From Andalucia godoyi And28 (Eukaryota; Protista; Jakobida), in contig VRVR01000004.1 in the NCBI GenBank assembly GCA_009859145.1, positions 338,934 to 402,933 of the forward strand: a DNA stretch of 64,000 nt, read 5' to 3'. The translations under genes were made by a program, and so were the position numbers. Position 1 is the stretch's first letter. The number at the start of each line of letters is the position of its first letter. The notes below the pieces were generated by a model. It ran no database searches. It had not been told where the DNA came from and was given only the letters and a program-made list of their open reading frames with translations. This document shows, piece by piece, positions 61,940 to 64,000 of the stretch.

Positions 61940-63256
61940 ATGGCTGGAAGAGTTGTTCTTGCAGTGTCCATCATTGTTTCTGTGCTTTGCTCTTCGGTGT
62001 TTTGCCGCGCTGGAGGGGATCGGCGAGCAGAGTATTCCGCGGATCTTGATCTTGTCCAAGTCCAGATTGCGTTTCGTCATGGAGACCGCACACCATTGTA
62101 CAGGTTTCCTGGAAAGTGGGTCGATCCGGATGCCTGGAACTGCGATTCGTTTGAAAATATCGAAATTCCAACGCTTTCTGAGTCGTCCGACACGCTGCAG
62201 TCGCAGTACGTGCGGCGGTACATTGATGGGCTGAACGTTCTCAAGGGAACCTGCACGTCCGGGCAGCTGACGTCGATTGGCGCACAGCAGCATTTGAATA
62301 TCGGTGTGCAGCTTCGCCAGAAATACATTGATGAACTTGGGTTTATGCCTGCAACGCTGGAATCGGAACCGACGACTTCGGGTCTGATGTTTGTGCGCTC
62401 GACAGATGTGTATCGGACTCGCCAGTCCGTCGAGGCACAGTTGCTGGGCATGTATCCTACATCGACTCGCAAGTTTTCGTCGCCGATTGAAGTTCACACG
62501 GTGGATGCAAATGCTGAGTACATGTTCCCGAACGGCGGACTGTGCCCGAAGCTTGCACAGTTGCTCAAGAATGCCACCGAAACGCCAGAGTACCAAGCAT
62601 GGGAGGTCAAAATGTCGCCCGTTTTGGAGCAGCTGGAGCAGGTTTTCGGGGCCACGGCAGACCAAATGCCTCCTTGGAGTGGCTTGTATGACGCGTTGAT
62701 TACGACGCTTGCACACAACCATACGATGCCTCCTGGTCTTACCAGCGAGTTGCAGCAGCAGATTTTCGATGCAGCAGATTATGTGATGCAGGCGTCGTTT
62801 GCTGGACAGCTGACAGCGCGACTGGGAATGGGCAGAGTGGTTGGCGACATTCTTGATTCTATGCTCTTCTTTGTCAACAAGACGTCAAAGGCTCCTGAAC
62901 GCGGAATCCAACCGGCCCCGTGGATGGCATGGTCAGGACATGATACCACACTGGGACCACTTGCAATTGCATTGGGTGTGTGGGACGGTGTCTGGCCCCC
63001 CTACGCCACGCATCTCATTTTCGAACTGCTGCAGTCCAAGAGCACGCACAAGTTCTACGTTCATGCGACATACAACAACGTCGATGTCGTCTTTCCAACA
63101 TGCCAAGGGCAGGCCGTGTGTCCGTTCGAGCAATTCGAGCAGCTTGCAGTCCCACTCGTCCCCACGGACTATGCTGCCGAATGCGCCGTCCCAAGCCCCA
63201 AGAACAAGCAGCACGTTCGCGAGTTCAAGCGGCTCATGAAGACGGTGTTTGCGTAG
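61940..63256 (+). CDS. Histidine acid phosphatase (branch 2), secreted/lysosomal
   Basis: Signal peptide, RHGDRTP, GQLT..G..Q, VRSTDVYRTRQS, SGHDTT and WPPYA. Confidence 0.95.
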   Translation: MAGRVVLAVSIIVSVLCSSVFCRAGGDRRAEYSADLDLVQVQIAFRHGDRTPLYRFPGKWVDPDAWNCDSFENIEIPTLSESSDTLQSQYVRRYIDGLNVLKGTCTSGQLTSIGAQQHLNIGVQLRQKYIDELGFMPATLESEPTTSGLMFVRSTDVYRTRQSVEAQLLGMYPTSTRKFSSPIEVHTVDANAEYMFPNGGLCPKLAQLLKNATETPEYQAWEVKMSPVLEQLEQVFGATADQMPPWSGLYDALITTLAHNHTMPPGLTSELQQQIFDAADYVMQASFAGQLTARLGMGRVVGDILDSMLFFVNKTSKAPERGIQPAPWMAWSGHDTTLGPLAIALGVWDGVWPPYATHLIFELLQSKSTHKFYVHATYNNVDVVFPTCQGQAVCPFEQFEQLAVPLVPTDYAAECAVPSPKNKQHVREFKRLMKTVFA

Positions 63257-63608
63257 TTTCACTTCTTCGACAGCCGCGGGTCTGCCCAGCGCGTTGTTTG
63301 CGGATGATAATCAACCTGGATGTTTTATGGTGTGTTTTCGTTTTCTTTATTATTATTTATGTTAAAAATCGAAAAATAAGAGTCACAGCCGTCCACCAGG
63401 CATTTGGGTTGGAGAGTTATAAGTGCGCAAGAACGATGAGAAAGAGTCGTGGGTCGTGGAGGCGTGCAGTCCGTGATCTGGCTGCCGCAATTTTCCTCGC
63501 AGTCGTCTTCTTTCCTTTCTTCCTTTGTTCATTCCTCCGTTCCTCCGCAATTCTCCTGCTTACATTTTTGCGACAGTCCGTTGAGCAAGCGGAAGCGAGA
63601 GAAGGAAG

Positions 63609-64000
63609 ATGAATCAATTTGCATTTCTTCCCATTACGTGTGTGACTTCCGGCGTCCTGGGTGTTTTGTTTTTGTACCTTTCACTGGCCGTGGTCCGTCA
63701 GCGCCGACTGCTGGGCATCACATTGGGCGATGGGATGTTCCAAGCGCTGAAGTATGGTGGAATTGAGAAGCTGGACGAGGGTATGAAGCGATACCGTCCT
63801 CTCGTTGGTGCCATCCGAGGCCACGGCAACTTTTCGGAATGGGTTCCCCTTTCCCTCATCTTGTTGGGTCTTGGAGAAGCATCCCAGGCCTTTTCTTCCG
63901 CGAGCTTATCAGTTCTTGCAATGGCGTTGATCGCATCACGGATGCTGCACAGTGTCTTTGGTCTGCTTGTGAAGATGCAGTCCATGCAGCGCACACTTGG
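63609..64000 (+). CDS. MAPEG-family membrane protein, 3'-truncated by the window (absent from the ORF track)
   Basis: MNQFAFLPIT...LSLAVVRQRRLLGITLGDG...AIRGHGNFSEWVPLSLILL...SRMLH is the YecN-like MAPEG signature. The frame is open to the window end. Confidence 0.88.
   Translation, partial: MNQFAFLPITCVTSGVLGVLFLYLSLAVVRQRRLLGITLGDGMFQALKYGGIEKLDEGMKRYRPLVGAIRGHGNFSEWVPLSLILLGLGEASQAFSSASLSVLAMALIASRMLHSVFGLLVKMQSMQRTL

Noticed and set aside
61820-62722. 300-aa minus-strand ORF
   Set aside because: Antisense shadow of the acid phosphatase.
1-64000. CRISPR arrays, tRNA, rRNA and snRNA genes
   Set aside because: No repeat-spacer pattern or tRNA A/B-box cloverleaf was seen; tandem repeats are simple microsatellites. 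A tRNAscan-SE/Infernal run is needed to exclude small RNAs.

Overview
This is eukaryotic nuclear DNA from a gene-dense, intron-poor, flagellated protist. I count about 29 protein genes, and only 5 spliceosomal introns (144-206 nt, mostly GTATGT donors) could be modelled. The architecture would fit a jakobid-like genome, but the taxon cannot be established from this window. Recognisable genes: PSTK, a Wee1/Myt1 kinase, a glucokinase-regulatory-protein (GCKR)-like SIS protein, GnT-I (MGAT1), a SUN-domain protein, ZW10, SPF30, a divergent histone H3, a mitochondrial PPR protein, AP-1/2 beta adaptin, RNase T2, SDHAF2, cystinosin, a single-exon Piezo, PIG-X, Rpn13, Met-tRNA formyltransferase, a 2H-phosphoesterase, an atypical SDR, a class-3 lipase, NAGLU, CFAP52, a histidine acid phosphatase and a MAPEG protein. 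Intergenic spacers hold decayed mobile elements that the ORF track does not show. Two (possibly three) are relics of an IS607/TnpB-derived Fanzor2-type element; one has a serine-recombinase (TnpA) remnant, an internal deletion and right-end hairpins. There are also a hAT transposase relic, a Ty3/gypsy-like RNase H relic and a possible DIRS-like RNase H relic. No intact transposon, CRISPR array, tRNA or rRNA was recognised. All family assignments come from motif recognition by eye, not from database searches.
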